DNA of 64,000 nt, from assembly GCA_963662265.2 (NCBI GenBank), contig CAXXHA010000036.1:128001-192000 (forward strand). The letters are read 5' to 3'. A program made the position numbers and the translations under genes. The notes beneath the pieces are model-generated. The model worked only from the letters and a program-made list of their open reading frames with translations, did no database searches and was not told the DNA's origin. Every line of letters begins with the position of its first letter. Position 1 is the first letter of the stretch. Below are positions 33,601-42,758 of this stretch, piece after piece. The stretch comes from Spirochaetia bacterium (lineage in GTDB: Bacteria; Spirochaetota; Spirochaetia; CADAEX01).

Positions 33601-33901
33601 TATTTCTGCTGCTTCCTGCTATTTCACTGTTCAGTTCAGAGTTATCAATATCAAAGTTATAGCCCAGGAGATGGATTTCGCCCCACTGTGAAAATGCTGA
33701 TATTTCAATTCCGCTTATAAACCCTATGCCCCGTTCTTTAAGAATATCTCTGAAAGGGCGGAGACCCTCGAGTGTGTCATGATCGGTTAATGATGCCACC
33801 TGTACATTTTTTTCAGAAAGAAAATTTGCCAGTTCCGCGGGACTCATCTGGCCGTCGCTCAGGTTTGAGTGGCAATGCATATTTACTGTAATAAATTCCA
33901 T
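30677..33901 (-). CDS. PHP - TM - sCache_2 - TM - PAS - CBS pair - DUF294 nucleotidyltransferase - DUF294_C fusion protein
   Basis: PHP motifs HCHSNLSDG, TDHD, GIEIS, EIHLLGY, LAHP, GTDYHG; Cache RYG..DYFWI..MIAHP..PKISYV..WGWIVGTGIY between two TM helices; CBS GIVTDKDI/IRHL; NTase GSLGRREQ..SDQDNA; DIKE..LPIV.FAR..TNTFSRL. Confidence 0.88.
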   Translation of the reverse strand: MEFITVNMHCHSNLSDGQMSPAELANFLSEKNVQVASLTDHDTLEGLRPFRDILKERGIGFISGIEISAFSQWGEIHLLGYNFDIDNSELNSEIAGSSRNIPHYEKVIELIHNAGGKVFLAHPLTLSEDYKILQDAITVLKAKELDGIEGIYSAYNRETEKKLRSIAESNSLLISAGTDYHGKAVKQMSNAVVNISIEDWVNFRNGLGNIDSEHEIKYIPEIVQKKGFFTRFQKTVPYIKIILPAAAGIILFTYSIFNLFIPKTEEILMSRKKEMIMELTHSAVSILDEFNSDYEKGDITIEEAQNRAAAVISHIRYGKENKDYFWITDQKPEMIAHPYRKDLVGSDLSSYTDTEGDFVFLKIVDTVRKNSEGFVQYQWQWKDEKDIVAPKISYVKLYKKWGWIVGTGIYIDDVMSEIARLEKYLVDISLFITMLLFIILLVIVLQNIKKEKVLKESRIRLQKSDEKYRALADRTNEGTLIIQNGKCTYSNPSVRKMLSYSENELLMLTASDLFRELHSDSDSTVIGEMLEKGEIVPSMTETEITGKNGKRISVLMETGRIEISGKEGYIVNVREISSRVTIHKAELRRNRLISELQSSLLFLSEPAFEISRQIPVMNFRTSIRNGAKMMNSSNSSSFLVKSDSGEILGIVTDKDIRSRALAEERNADDAVYTIMTSPVRKADSRILIFEAVSIMKTYNIRHLILDYGDHETGYVVRAKDLIEFHKYPAAVTAGELENASTMRELQKSFSHVPYIIKALIETGNRSLNIMRIVTTFTDILVKKIIETAITEIGTPPERFAFIAPGSLGRREQTLSSDQDNAIIFEQPDKDEDIEKARDYFLSLGEIISDELNKAGFPFCSGGIMGKNRKWCCTLSEWKQYFTKWITKPEPEEILHFNMFFDYRMIYGSSELTDNLGKHISDTMKSFPQFFLHLANSSALYKVPVNLFGNIIFDSSEGTKKIIDIKELILPIVNFARLYSLKHGIEETNTFSRLDALMEKGIIHPATHKEITHIYDFLNQVRLKRQAASVSEEKRPDNLAEQGSLTHLENAMLKNAVNNIGELQKKISFDFKGSA

Positions 33902-34032
33902 AAAGTTACCTGAAACACATTATACTATGAAAAACGTCATGAATATAAGAAAAAAATCGACTGCGTAGTCGGTAATTAACTTGACGCGAATGATGAAAAC
34001 AAGTAATGATTGAGAAAAAGGGGGTATTGTTG

Positions 34033-34323
34033 ATGGATCATGGACCAGCAATAGAGTATGGACCGGATAATGCCGCAGGTTACAAAACAAAACTTGGGCT
34101 TATTCTGTTTTTTGTCTATGCTTCAATTTACGGTATATTTGTATTGATAAATACAGTTAATCCGGTATTGATGGAAAAAGAAATTTTCGGAGGGCTGAAT
34201 CTTGCTATAGTATACGGATTCGGACTAATCATTTTTGCTATACTTCTTGGTATTGTCTACAACATTTTCTGTACAAAAAAAGAGAAAGAACTTAATACAG
34301 ATGTCGAGGGGGGTGATAAATGA
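34033..34323 (+). CDS. DUF485 (YjcH-like) small membrane protein, partner of ActP
   Basis: MDHGPA start, two TM helices, GLNLAIVYGFGLI; overlaps the start of the symporter. Confidence 0.8.
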   Translation: MDHGPAIEYGPDNAAGYKTKLGLILFFVYASIYGIFVLINTVNPVLMEKEIFGGLNLAIVYGFGLIIFAILLGIVYNIFCTKKEKELNTDVEGGDK

Positions 34324-36230
34324 TTTATTCTGCTTCGCCTTTTGCCGTCGTTATCTTTATTATGTTTGTTATCACAGTTCTCGGCCTGTCGTTTTATTTT
34401 GCAAGACAGACAGGATCATCGAAAGGCTACTATACTGCGGGGGGAACAATTTCCTGGCCTGTGAACGGAATTGCATTTGCAGGAGATTACCTGTCTGCTG
34501 CTTCATTCCTCGGTATCTGCGGAATGATTGCTACAGCCGGATATGACGGTTTTCTCTATTCGATAGGTTATCTTGCCGGGTGGGTAGTCGCTTTGTTTGT
34601 AGTTGCAGAGCCTATGAAGAGGCTTGGTAAATATACTTTTACAGATGCTCTTGATTCAAAATTCAAATCAAAGGGGATTCAGCTTGCTGCCGGTATAAGC
34701 AGTATTGTTGTTTCTGTTTTTTATCTCATTCCGCAGATGGTTGGTGCAGGTGCACTTGTAACGCCTCTTCTGGGCCTTCCCCACTATGTCGGTGTTATAA
34801 TGGTTGGAAGTATTGTAATTGTGATTGTAGCTACTGCAGGGATGAAATCAACAACATATGTACAGTTCCTTAAAGGGGGACTTTTAATCATCTTTTCAAT
34901 CATACTTGTGTTCAGTATCATTGGTAAGGGTTTAAGCAGAAAACCTTCTGATGATTACCATGATTTCAAGAAGCTTGAAGCTGTCATGGAAGGCGGTAAA
35001 GCAGTTCCTGTTGATTCAGCATATGAAGTTACAGCAGTCCAGTCTGCCGGCGATCTCGAATTTGTCAAACTTGCAAATAAAGGTATAGAAAGATGGTGGC
35101 AGGTTGAAAAGAGTGCATCATCTGTTGCTCTTGTTGAATGTCTATCTAAAACAAAAAAAGGTGACGGCTCTGTTCTTTATAACGGTAGACCAAAGGAAGA
35201 TGGTGCTTTCTTCCCTGTCGGCCATTTCAACAGCATTAAGATGGACGGCAAAGAGGTTAACAATACAGGTAAACTGGGACCGTTAAGCTTTTTCTCAGTA
35301 ATCAGGGAAAGCAAGATTACAAGATTCCCCAAAGCAGTTATTGATAATGGTAAAGACAAGGTATATATCTGGTACCAGAAGGTTACTGACGGAAGCAAAG
35401 TACTCCGTCCTGGTCTCAAGTTCAAGATTGACAAAGGCTCTTCAGCCACATCAAAACTCAATTTTGTATCTCTGATGCTTTCACTCTTTTTCGGAACAGC
35501 AGCTCTGCCTCATGTCCTTATCAGATACTACACAGTTCCAAGTCCTGCAGATGCCAGAAAATCAACAATTGTTGCTATCGGCGCTATCGGGCTTTTCTAT
35601 GTGCTTACACTCTATATGGGAATCGGAGCAATGGTTAACGGTGTTCTCGATGTGGAAAGCAGCAACATGGCTGCCCCCCTGCTTGCAAAGACATTCGGAG
35701 TATTCCTGTTTGCTGTAATTTCTGCAATTGCATTTGCAACAGTACTCGGAACAGTGAGCGGTCTTATTGTTGCTGCATCAGGCGCTGTTGCCCATGACCT
35801 CATGACTAATTTTATGGGAATAAATATGAGCGATGCGGGTAAGGTTAAGGCTGGAAAGATCGCGGCAATTTGTGTCGGCGGTATTGCAATACTGCTGGGG
35901 ATCCTGTTCAAGGGGATGAATGTTTCATTCCTTGTAGGGCTTGCCTTTGCTGTTGCTGCATCTGCAAATCTGCCTGCAATAATTATGATACTGTTCTGGA
36001 AAAAGACAACTGCAAAGGGTGTTACTGCTTCCATAGTAACAGGGATGATTTCAGCACTTGGAATTATTCTCCTTTCACCGAGCATGTATTCAAGGTACGG
36101 TCTCAACCCTGCAGATGCAGTTTTTCCGATTGATAATCCCGGAATCATATCAATTCCGCTTTCATTTATTGTTCTTGTTGCTGTTTCACTCATGACTCAG
36201 AAAAAAACTTCTGAAGTGAAAGAATCATAA
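34320..36230 (+). CDS. actP: Cation/acetate symporter (SSS family, ActP-like) with a large hydrophilic insertion
   Basis: NGIAFAGDYLSAASFLG, YLIPQMVGAG, GTAALPHVLIRYYTVP, AVAASANLP, NPGIISIP. Confidence 0.88.
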   Translation: MIYSASPFAVVIFIMFVITVLGLSFYFARQTGSSKGYYTAGGTISWPVNGIAFAGDYLSAASFLGICGMIATAGYDGFLYSIGYLAGWVVALFVVAEPMKRLGKYTFTDALDSKFKSKGIQLAAGISSIVVSVFYLIPQMVGAGALVTPLLGLPHYVGVIMVGSIVIVIVATAGMKSTTYVQFLKGGLLIIFSIILVFSIIGKGLSRKPSDDYHDFKKLEAVMEGGKAVPVDSAYEVTAVQSAGDLEFVKLANKGIERWWQVEKSASSVALVECLSKTKKGDGSVLYNGRPKEDGAFFPVGHFNSIKMDGKEVNNTGKLGPLSFFSVIRESKITRFPKAVIDNGKDKVYIWYQKVTDGSKVLRPGLKFKIDKGSSATSKLNFVSLMLSLFFGTAALPHVLIRYYTVPSPADARKSTIVAIGAIGLFYVLTLYMGIGAMVNGVLDVESSNMAAPLLAKTFGVFLFAVISAIAFATVLGTVSGLIVAASGAVAHDLMTNFMGINMSDAGKVKAGKIAAICVGGIAILLGILFKGMNVSFLVGLAFAVAASANLPAIIMILFWKKTTAKGVTASIVTGMISALGIILLSPSMYSRYGLNPADAVFPIDNPGIISIPLSFIVLVAVSLMTQKKTSEVKES

Positions 36231-36265
36231 AACCACCCTGCAGGGGCATCCCGGATTGTTATTCA

Positions 36266-36297
36266 GCAGCCTGCTTTTTGCAGGCTGCTTTTTTTTG
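36266..36297 (+). terminator. Rho-independent terminator after actP
   Basis: AGCAGCCTGC-tttt(t)-GCAGGCTGCT followed by a T-run. Confidence 0.85.
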
Positions 36298-36520
36298 AGG
36301 AAAAGATACAAGCTGGAATAAAATACATCAGGTTTAATATGCTTTTTAGCCGGTTTATACGGAATTTAACAGTATTCATCATTTTTTAGTTGTAAAAAAA
36401 ACTATCGATATAAAATTAAGTATTTAATAAAAAGGTTTTTGACAATACACTTTGTGCAGCTACCTTTGGTACTATTATATTGTCTCTCCGGATATACGAC
36501 AGCTAAATTAGGAGATTTAA

Positions 36521-37915
36521 ATGAATGAAACACACTTTTTCTCACAAGAAATTATGAAATCCGGTGATATAAGAGGTGTCATCGGAGAAGAGCTTTTCTA
36601 TGAAGATGCATATTTTATAGGAAGGTCTTTCGGAACAATTATGATGCATCGCGGTAAAAGAAGCTGTGCTGTCGGCTATGACGGGAGACTTTCATCTCCA
36701 GAACTAAGCACTCAGCTGCTCAGGGGACTGACAGATTCAGGTATTGATGCTGTTGTTTTAGGGCTTATACCCAGTCCGGTGCTGTATTTTGCAGTCTCAC
36801 AATATGGATATCATTGCGGGATTGTCATAACAGCAAGTCATAATCCTGCAGAGTATAACGGATTCAAGTTTATTACTGATGAAGGGCCGTATCATGGTGA
36901 TGATATCCAGAAGCTTGCACTTGTATGTAAAGAAGCTGATTATAGCACGGGAAAAGGTTCAGTTTCTCATCGCAATATAATATCTGACTATATAGAATAT
37001 ATAGTTTCCTTTCTAAAGCTCCCGTTTAAAAAAGAGCTTTCTGTTGTCTGGGATCCGGGAAACGGTGCATCCGCTGCTGTAATTCATCATTTTATCAGAA
37101 ATATACCGGGTAAGAACATATTGATTTGCGGTGAGGTGGATGGGACCTTCCCAAACCATCATCCGGATCCCAGCATCAGGGAAAATGTAGTAATGCTGCA
37201 GAAAGCTGTTAGTGAGTCCGGGGCAGATCTCGGAATAGCTTTTGACGGAGATGGTGACAGGCTTGGTGTGGTTGACAGTGAAGGATATCTTCTGTTCGGG
37301 GACCAGCTTTTAACAGTTTTTGCAAGAGACTTTCTAAAGGACAATCCCGGGGAAAAGGTAATGTCTGAAGTCAAGGCAAGTCGTTTTTTTTATGATGATA
37401 TTCTTTCAAACGGCGGGCAGCCTGTGATGTGGAAAGTGGGGCATTCAAATCAGAAGGAGAAGATGAAGGCAGATCATATCTGTCTTGCAGGAGAGACAAG
37501 CGGGCATATTTATTTTAAGGAAAACAGGGGATTTGATGATGCTCTTTTTGCATCAGTCAAGCTTCTGAATATTCTCTCAAATAGTGAAAAGAGTTTGACA
37601 GAGATGCGCAAGGAATTCCCTGTATATCAGGACAGCGGTGAAATCCGGATTCCTCTTGATAAAGAGGAGAGTGCAAGGATGCTTGAAAAGATATCAATCC
37701 GCCTGATATCAGAAGGGCGGGATTTTAACGATATTGACGGTATCCGGGTTCCCTGTTCCGACGGTTTCTGGATAATGAGAAGTTCCAATACTCAACCCCA
37801 CATTACTATCCGCTGTGAAGCTGTGAGCAGAGAAGGGCTTGATGAGTGTTTCAGGGAAATAGAGGAATATCTTGCTTATACAGGAAATCCGGGATTATTG
37901 GGAGAAATAAATTAA
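36521..37915 (+). CDS. Phosphomannomutase/phosphoglucomutase
   Basis: DIRG, TASHNP catalytic Ser, FDGDGDR metal loop, GETSGH. Confidence 0.92.
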   Translation: MNETHFFSQEIMKSGDIRGVIGEELFYEDAYFIGRSFGTIMMHRGKRSCAVGYDGRLSSPELSTQLLRGLTDSGIDAVVLGLIPSPVLYFAVSQYGYHCGIVITASHNPAEYNGFKFITDEGPYHGDDIQKLALVCKEADYSTGKGSVSHRNIISDYIEYIVSFLKLPFKKELSVVWDPGNGASAAVIHHFIRNIPGKNILICGEVDGTFPNHHPDPSIRENVVMLQKAVSESGADLGIAFDGDGDRLGVVDSEGYLLFGDQLLTVFARDFLKDNPGEKVMSEVKASRFFYDDILSNGGQPVMWKVGHSNQKEKMKADHICLAGETSGHIYFKENRGFDDALFASVKLLNILSNSEKSLTEMRKEFPVYQDSGEIRIPLDKEESARMLEKISIRLISEGRDFNDIDGIRVPCSDGFWIMRSSNTQPHITIRCEAVSREGLDECFREIEEYLAYTGNPGLLGEIN

Positions 37916-37960
37916 GATAAGGATTGCCGGCGGATTCCAGAATTATTCCAGTATAATTAT

Positions 37961-38722
37961 TTACATCTGTGCGAGTGTGACTGATACTGCTGAATCATCA
38001 GAATCTTCGCCGGTAAGGGATGCTTCCCAGTTGTTTGATGTTCCCTCAACATAAACATATAAATCATAGGTAACACCGAAATACCCTATACCTGATACAA
38101 TAAGCGGAAAATCATCAACTGATGCGGATGAATTGAATGGACCTGCCCCGACTCCAAGCGTAGCATTTACCATCCCGACAAGTTCGTTTACCGATGCCGG
38201 ACTTGACCTGAGTGAGGCTTTCATTGTTTCATCAAGTTTTCCCCCCACGACCCAGTAGCAGTGTGCTGTTTTATTATCTGTATCTCCTGTTCCCGGAGCT
38301 GTTACCTGGATCTGTTTATGGTTGAATGTTGAAAGAGTTCCGGATGAACCCAGTGTCACATCAGCCATGAGAGAAAAAATAGTAATCACTGTTCCCCTGT
38401 AATCATCCCCGTACTGGTTATCCCCGTCATCATCTATCCATACAAATATTGTGTAGGGGCAGTTGTCATTGTCAATATTGGGAAAATAGACAGAATTGTT
38501 ACCAGGAAGGGAGAACGGAACTGTAAGGGAAACTACTGAATCATAAATATTTGACGATGTTTTAAATGCCGAGCCTATATACTGGCCTGACGGGAGATTT
38601 AGTGATGTATCTTCCAGTGTATAGGAATAGGTCCCTGAGCTGCTTCCGCTGCCTCCTCCACCGGAACATCCAGCAAGTAAGATTGTAAAAGCCAGAAAAG
38701 GAAACATAATTTGTTTTAGCAT
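37961..38722 (-). CDS. Hypothetical lipoprotein
   Basis: AAGGAGG RBS; lipobox LLAGC followed by Gly/Ser tether; beta-rich; DDDGDNQYG possible Ca loop. Confidence 0.7.
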   Translation of the reverse strand: MLKQIMFPFLAFTILLAGCSGGGGSGSSSGTYSYTLEDTSLNLPSGQYIGSAFKTSSNIYDSVVSLTVPFSLPGNNSVYFPNIDNDNCPYTIFVWIDDDGDNQYGDDYRGTVITIFSLMADVTLGSSGTLSTFNHKQIQVTAPGTGDTDNKTAHCYWVVGGKLDETMKASLRSSPASVNELVGMVNATLGVGAGPFNSSASVDDFPLIVSGIGYFGVTYDLYVYVEGTSNNWEASLTGEDSDDSAVSVTLAQM

Positions 38723-38909
38723 TACATAGCCTCCTTTAAGCTTATATAAAAATTTTAGTAAATTATTCTGCAGATAGCAAGGAAGCTGATTGATGTTGTT
38801 TGTTCTTTTTACCGTGTAAAATGGTGGTCATGTTTTATATTGTATTGTATTATTCTGGAGATCAATATTTTAAAAATGATTATGAATAAATAGAATAAAG
38901 AGGTCTTTC

Positions 38910-39371
38910 ATGAAAAAGATATTTGCATTAATTATGGTTCTTGTTATCAGTCTTTCTTTTATTTCCTGCTCAGACAGCGGGAGCAGTTCTTCTCTTACTG
39001 ATCAGGAGAAAATGGCTATTTTAAGTGCAGCTTTTACAGGATCATCTGCAGGAATAGCAGCTGCTAATCCAACAAAGGCTGTTTCTACAGATACTTCTAT
39101 TGACGGAATCAGTGTTACCGGGGATTTCTCCACAATCAATAGTGGTGATTACACAATGACAATAACATTCAACAATTACTCTGATTCAAATGTCACACTC
39201 AATGGCTCCATTACATTCAGTCTTGCAGGCGGTACAACCTACTCAATGACCGGAAGTATCACTGCTGTATATCAGGGAGAGTCATACAGTTTCGGTATGA
39301 ATATTACAGGTACAGGATCAGACAGCATGACAGGAACAATCACAGTAGACGGAACAGTATATAATCTTTAA
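38910..39371 (+). CDS. Hypothetical lipoprotein (Ser/Thr/Gly-rich beta-hairpin repeats)
   Basis: GAGG RBS; lipobox SFISC, Ser tether; repeated (M/L)xGxIT strands. Confidence 0.7.
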   Translation: MKKIFALIMVLVISLSFISCSDSGSSSSLTDQEKMAILSAAFTGSSAGIAAANPTKAVSTDTSIDGISVTGDFSTINSGDYTMTITFNNYSDSNVTLNGSITFSLAGGTTYSMTGSITAVYQGESYSFGMNITGTGSDSMTGTITVDGTVYNL

Positions 39372-39438
39372 TCCGGCACTGCTTCATAAAACGGGACGTG
39401 AAATATCAGTTGTTTCATGATATTTATATGCGTGCAGC

Positions 39439-40975
39439 TTAAACAGAAGCATGGGTATAATGCTTAACAGGGGAGGCTTCTTCAAGTCTCCCTTTTTCAT
39501 TTATAACAGAAACAGCACCGTGTCCGCAGCAAATGAGAAAATCACCATTGCTCCTCTCTCTGTATTTCCTGCTGCATGATACTGCCAGGTCAAGAAGATC
39601 CTTCCTTTCCTTTTTTGCAAGGCTGCTGTCCACATTTACAGTTGTCATCAGGTAATCTGCAAACATGTTGTATTCAGTCCTCTCCTTTGTTATGCTTTTC
39701 AGGTTCAGAAGGCTGTCAAAGGTGAATAAAAGCCCTTCAGATTCCTCAAGCAGGAAAAGCTGCCCCTTCTGATGCCCCCCGTGGCTTTCCAGTATCCTGA
39801 ACTCAAGGCCGCACCGGCATAATTCCCCAGTCACCGGGAATTCCCCCGCTTTTTCAGCTGCCCCCTTATGGTTTGTAAAGCATGATGTATCAGCCCCTTG
39901 CGGCGGATTCCACCCCGAAAATTCAGCTATCAGTGTTGTGTAGATCTCTTCCAGAATTGAATTTTCATTGACAGAACCTATCGCCCTGTTTCCCTTCTGG
40001 ATTATTTCCATTGTTGTGTTGTGCATAACAGGAAGGGATGAATGATATCCGCCTCCGCCGCAGTGATCAGCATCTGCATGGGAGATGAAAAGACTTTTTC
40101 TTTTATTTTTCAGTCCGGGCTGGATATAGTTCAGCATTCTCGTTATATCGTCGTGGTAAATCCCATATCCTGTATCTATCATCAGGTATTCATCTTCAGA
40201 TTCAATTATATTGATATTACCGCCGCAGGGGAGCTGGTATATGTAGAGTTCAGAACTGTTTTTGAGTTTGAACTGCTGGTAGTCTGCATAGAAATTCCTG
40301 CCGGTTGTATTGTGAAGTGTTTCAGCCTTGCTGTAAATTTTTTCGAAAACAGTTTCCGGGTTTTCACCCAGCTTATTCAGTTCATGTGCTATGTTGTTGA
40401 TATCATTCAGAAATGACAGGAGAAAAATATCCCCACCGCTGTTCAGGTATTTACTCAGCCGCTCTGCATATCTGACATAAAACACAGTTTTATCCAGTTC
40501 ATTCCCCTTTTTGCAGTATTCCTCAATTTCCACCTTGAATCTGCTTTTCAGGCTGTCTATGAATTTAATAACCGGCTGGTTCTCTGTTGTGCTGACTGTG
40601 AGGCTTACTTCATTTCTGTTCTGTCCAAGCCTGTTATGGTCTATTGATTTAATATCTATTCCGTGATCATCTGCTTCAGTCAGTATTTCTGAAATAATCC
40701 TGCTTCTCTCGGGAATAAATATTTTCAGGCCTGATGAATTCCGGTTCTTTTATTGAAGTGAGAAGATAGCCGCTTTTTTCAAGCGTGTTGTATATTTCCC
40801 GGTAGCTGTTTCTGTCAGTTTTTATCTGGAAGAATACTATGTTCGGATCAAGGTCCCTGTCAAAATTTATCCTTTCGATATCTGCATAATATCTTTTTAT
40901 TACTGCAGTTACATATCTTATGTCGGATGTAGTTCCTCTTGTTTTTATTATCAGTGAGAAGCTTATGCTGTTCAT
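39439..40975 (-). CDS. Tandem ACT-like domains + MBL-fold hydrolase (frameshift near 40730)
   Basis: ORF 40676-41047 joins 39439-40533 through a second ACT-like segment after one indel; IDTGYG, SHADADHCG, GGHQKG, CGHG. Confidence 0.65.
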
Positions 40976-41231
40976 TGTATTATTTCCCTGTAAGAGAATC
41001 TGAATAATATTTATCAGTAGATTCAGACCTGTTGAAAAAGTTATCAAAAAAAATAAAACAATAAAAGTAAGGAATGTGAAAAATATTAAAAAAATTTATT
41101 TGATATCTGGTTTTTTTTAATATTTTTCATCTGCAAAGCATTTTTTCATTAACAGATAACGGATTTGCCTTCCTGTTCCGTGTAAAAAATCAATAAATTT
41201 CTGCTCCGGATATTTTTTTCTGAAAAAAATA

Positions 41232-41292
41232 TTGACAGCGTCCTGAAAATAGTATATGTTGCTGTCTGTAGAAACGTTACTATCTGTAGAAA
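41232..41292 (+). promoter_or_regulatory. trpB promoter (TTGACA -35) with LacI-type palindrome TAGAAACGTTACTA (41269-41282)
   Basis: TTGACA 41232-41237, TATGTT 17 bp later; 12/14 palindrome with central CG; TCTGTAGAAA repeated at 41265 and 41283. Confidence 0.5.
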
Positions 41293-41308
41293 TGATAAGG
41301 AGATATAT

Positions 41309-42528
41309 ATGGAAACTAAAACAAGTTTGAAAGCCCTGCCTGACCAGAAAGGTTATTTCGGTAATTACGGGGGAAGCTTTGTTCCTGAACAGCTTACAGC
41401 TATTCTTCAGGAAATTGCTGATGAATATGAAAAAATCAAGGATGATCCCTGAATTCCAGGCTGAATTAAAAGAGCTTTACAGGGATTATGTGGGAAGACC
41501 CAGTCCTGTTTTTCATGCAAAAGGGCTTTCAAAAAAGATTGGCGGTGCTCAGAATATATCTCAAGAGGGAAGATCTCAACCATACAGGGGGCTCACAAGA
41601 TAAATCATTGCCTGGGGGAAGCACTTCTGGCAAAGAAGATGGGCAAGAAAAAAATTATTGCAGAAACAGGCGCAGGGCAGCATGGTGTTGCACTCGCGAC
41701 AGCTGCAGCTCTCCTCGACCTTGAATGTGATATTTATATGGGTGAAGTTGATATAGCAAAGGAACATCCGAATGTAGTAAGGATGAAAATACTCGGAGCC
41801 AATGTTATTCCTGTTAAATCCGGGCTCAAGACTCTTAAAGAGGCTGTTGATGAAGCTTTCATAGGATACCTTCAGGATCCTGTAAACCAGCTCTATGCTA
41901 TCGGTTCTGTTGTCGGTCCCCATCCATTTCCTATGATGGTGCGTGACTTCCAGAAAATTGTCGGAGAAGAGGCCAGGGCCCAGTTTTTTGAGAAACTGGA
42001 AAAAATCTGATAACCTTGTTGCATGTGTCGGCCGGCGGGGTCAAACGCGATGGGACTCTTTACCGCTTTCCTTGATGATGAAAAAGTTAATATTTACGGT
42101 GTTGAACCTGCAGGGGTTGGATTCAAGGATGGTGAACATGCGTGTACACTTACATATGGTACTCCCGGAATGATTCACGTTTTAAATGCTATGTTCTTCA
42201 GGATGAAAACGGGGAGCCCAAACCTGTATACTCTGTTGCAAGCGGTCTTGATTACCCCGGTGTAGGGCCTCAGCACAGCTATCTCAAGGATATCGGCAGG
42301 GTTAACTATGAATGTATAAATGATAAAGAAGCTATTGATGCTTTCTTCGAGCTTTCACGTGTTGAAGGTATTATTCCTGCACTTGAAAGTTCACATGCCG
42401 TTGCCTATGCAATGAAACTTGCTGCCAAACTTTCTCCTGAAGAAACAATCCTCTTAAACCTTTCAGGCAGGGGAGACAAGGATATAGACTTTGTAGTTGA
42501 AAAATACGGAGCTGATTACGGGCTTTAA
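41309..42528 (+). CDS. trpB: Tryptophan synthase beta chain (multiple frameshifts)
   Basis: AAGGAG RBS; [73 protein letters not shown]. Confidence 0.92.
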
Positions 42529-42565
42529 ATAATTACTGAATCAGCAATAGTTCTATTGCTGTTTT

Positions 42566-42597
42566 ATCCCCGGTATATTAACCGGGGATTTTTTTTT
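42566..42597 (+). terminator. Rho-independent terminator after trpB
   Basis: ATCCCCGGT..ACCGGGGAT plus long T-run. Confidence 0.85.
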
Positions 42598-42758
42598 CTT
42601 CATATAAAAATCTCCTTCTCTTCATCCAATATTCACAAAAAAGCAGATAAAATATAAACAGCTGAATCAGTATTGTTTTATTTGTAATAAAATAAAAAAT
42701 AATACTAAAAACAGCAGTACTGTACTAAAATTATATTTGATTTATATTGATGGAGGTA

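Noticed and set aside
41050-41308. T-box or Trp leader peptide upstream of trpB
   Set aside because: No T-box consensus or Trp-codon leader; the promoter lies too close to the start codon
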